Source: Chiloscyllium plagiosum (Eukaryota). From it: DNA of 22,185 nucleotides. Both the position numbers and the translations under genes were made by a program. Positions 22,006 through 22,185 of the stretch are shown here, piece after piece (position 1 is the stretch's first letter; each line of letters starts with the position of its first letter). The notes beneath the pieces were generated by a model. It was not told the DNA's origin and searched no databases. It saw only the letters and a program-made list of their open reading frames with translations. The DNA is taken from positions 88,139,424 to 88,161,608 of the forward strand of contig NC_057718.1 in NCBI RefSeq assembly GCF_004010195.1, written 5' to 3'.

Positions 22006-22185
22006 AGGTAAAAACAATGACTGCAGATGCTGGAAACCAGATTCTGGATCAGTGGTGCTGGAAGAGTACAGCAATTCAGGCAGCATCCAAGGACAGGCAA
22101 AATCGACGTTTCGGAAGTGCTGTGCTCTTCCAGCACCACTGATCCAGAATCTGGTTTCCAGCATCTGCAGTCATTGTTTTTACCT
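22006..22185. mobile_element. Two head-to-head Penelope-like tails forming a fold-back, inserted in the Tx1 ORF2
   Basis: 22006-22073 is the reverse complement of 22118-22185 (68 bp, 1 mismatch). The minus copy extends to 22114 and includes ccGAAACGTC. Same family as 3796-3869. Confidence 0.92.

Noticed and set aside
1..22185. CRISPR array, retron or other prokaryotic RT system
   Set aside because: No repeat-spacer array or operon structure. Every RT here has motifs of a eukaryotic CR1, Tx1, Penelope or Gypsy element.

Overview
Eukaryotic, almost entirely retrotransposon-derived DNA. It is most likely from a shark or other cartilaginous fish, inferred from the HE1/V-SINE and HER1/CR1-type repeats. 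I see no host gene, rRNA, true tRNA or CRISPR array. From left to right: decayed CR1 remnants (~40-330, ~1090-2460); a Penelope-like element (RT, 485-N gap, GIY-YIG) whose 3' region carries a hammerhead ribozyme core (3778-3805); a nested cluster from 4098 to ~18093; an old CR1 5' half; a 2.4-kb Tx1-clade LINE; and a 180-bp near-perfect fold-back of two head-to-head Penelope tails at the window end. The nested cluster holds three Gmr1-type Ty3/Gypsy LTR elements (PR-INT-RT-RH order, SCAN-like Gag), a near full-length CR1 with esterase ORF1, further interleaved CR1 pieces and a tRNA-derived SINE. All ORFs are disrupted TE remnants. I found no convincing new multi-gene system. The best leads are RNA-level: the Penelope hammerhead, the Penelope fold-back, and a bulged stem-loop kept just upstream of the polypurine tract in all three Gmr1-like copies, across two families whose LTRs I cannot align. 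Boundaries were read by eye, and those of old fragments are approximate.
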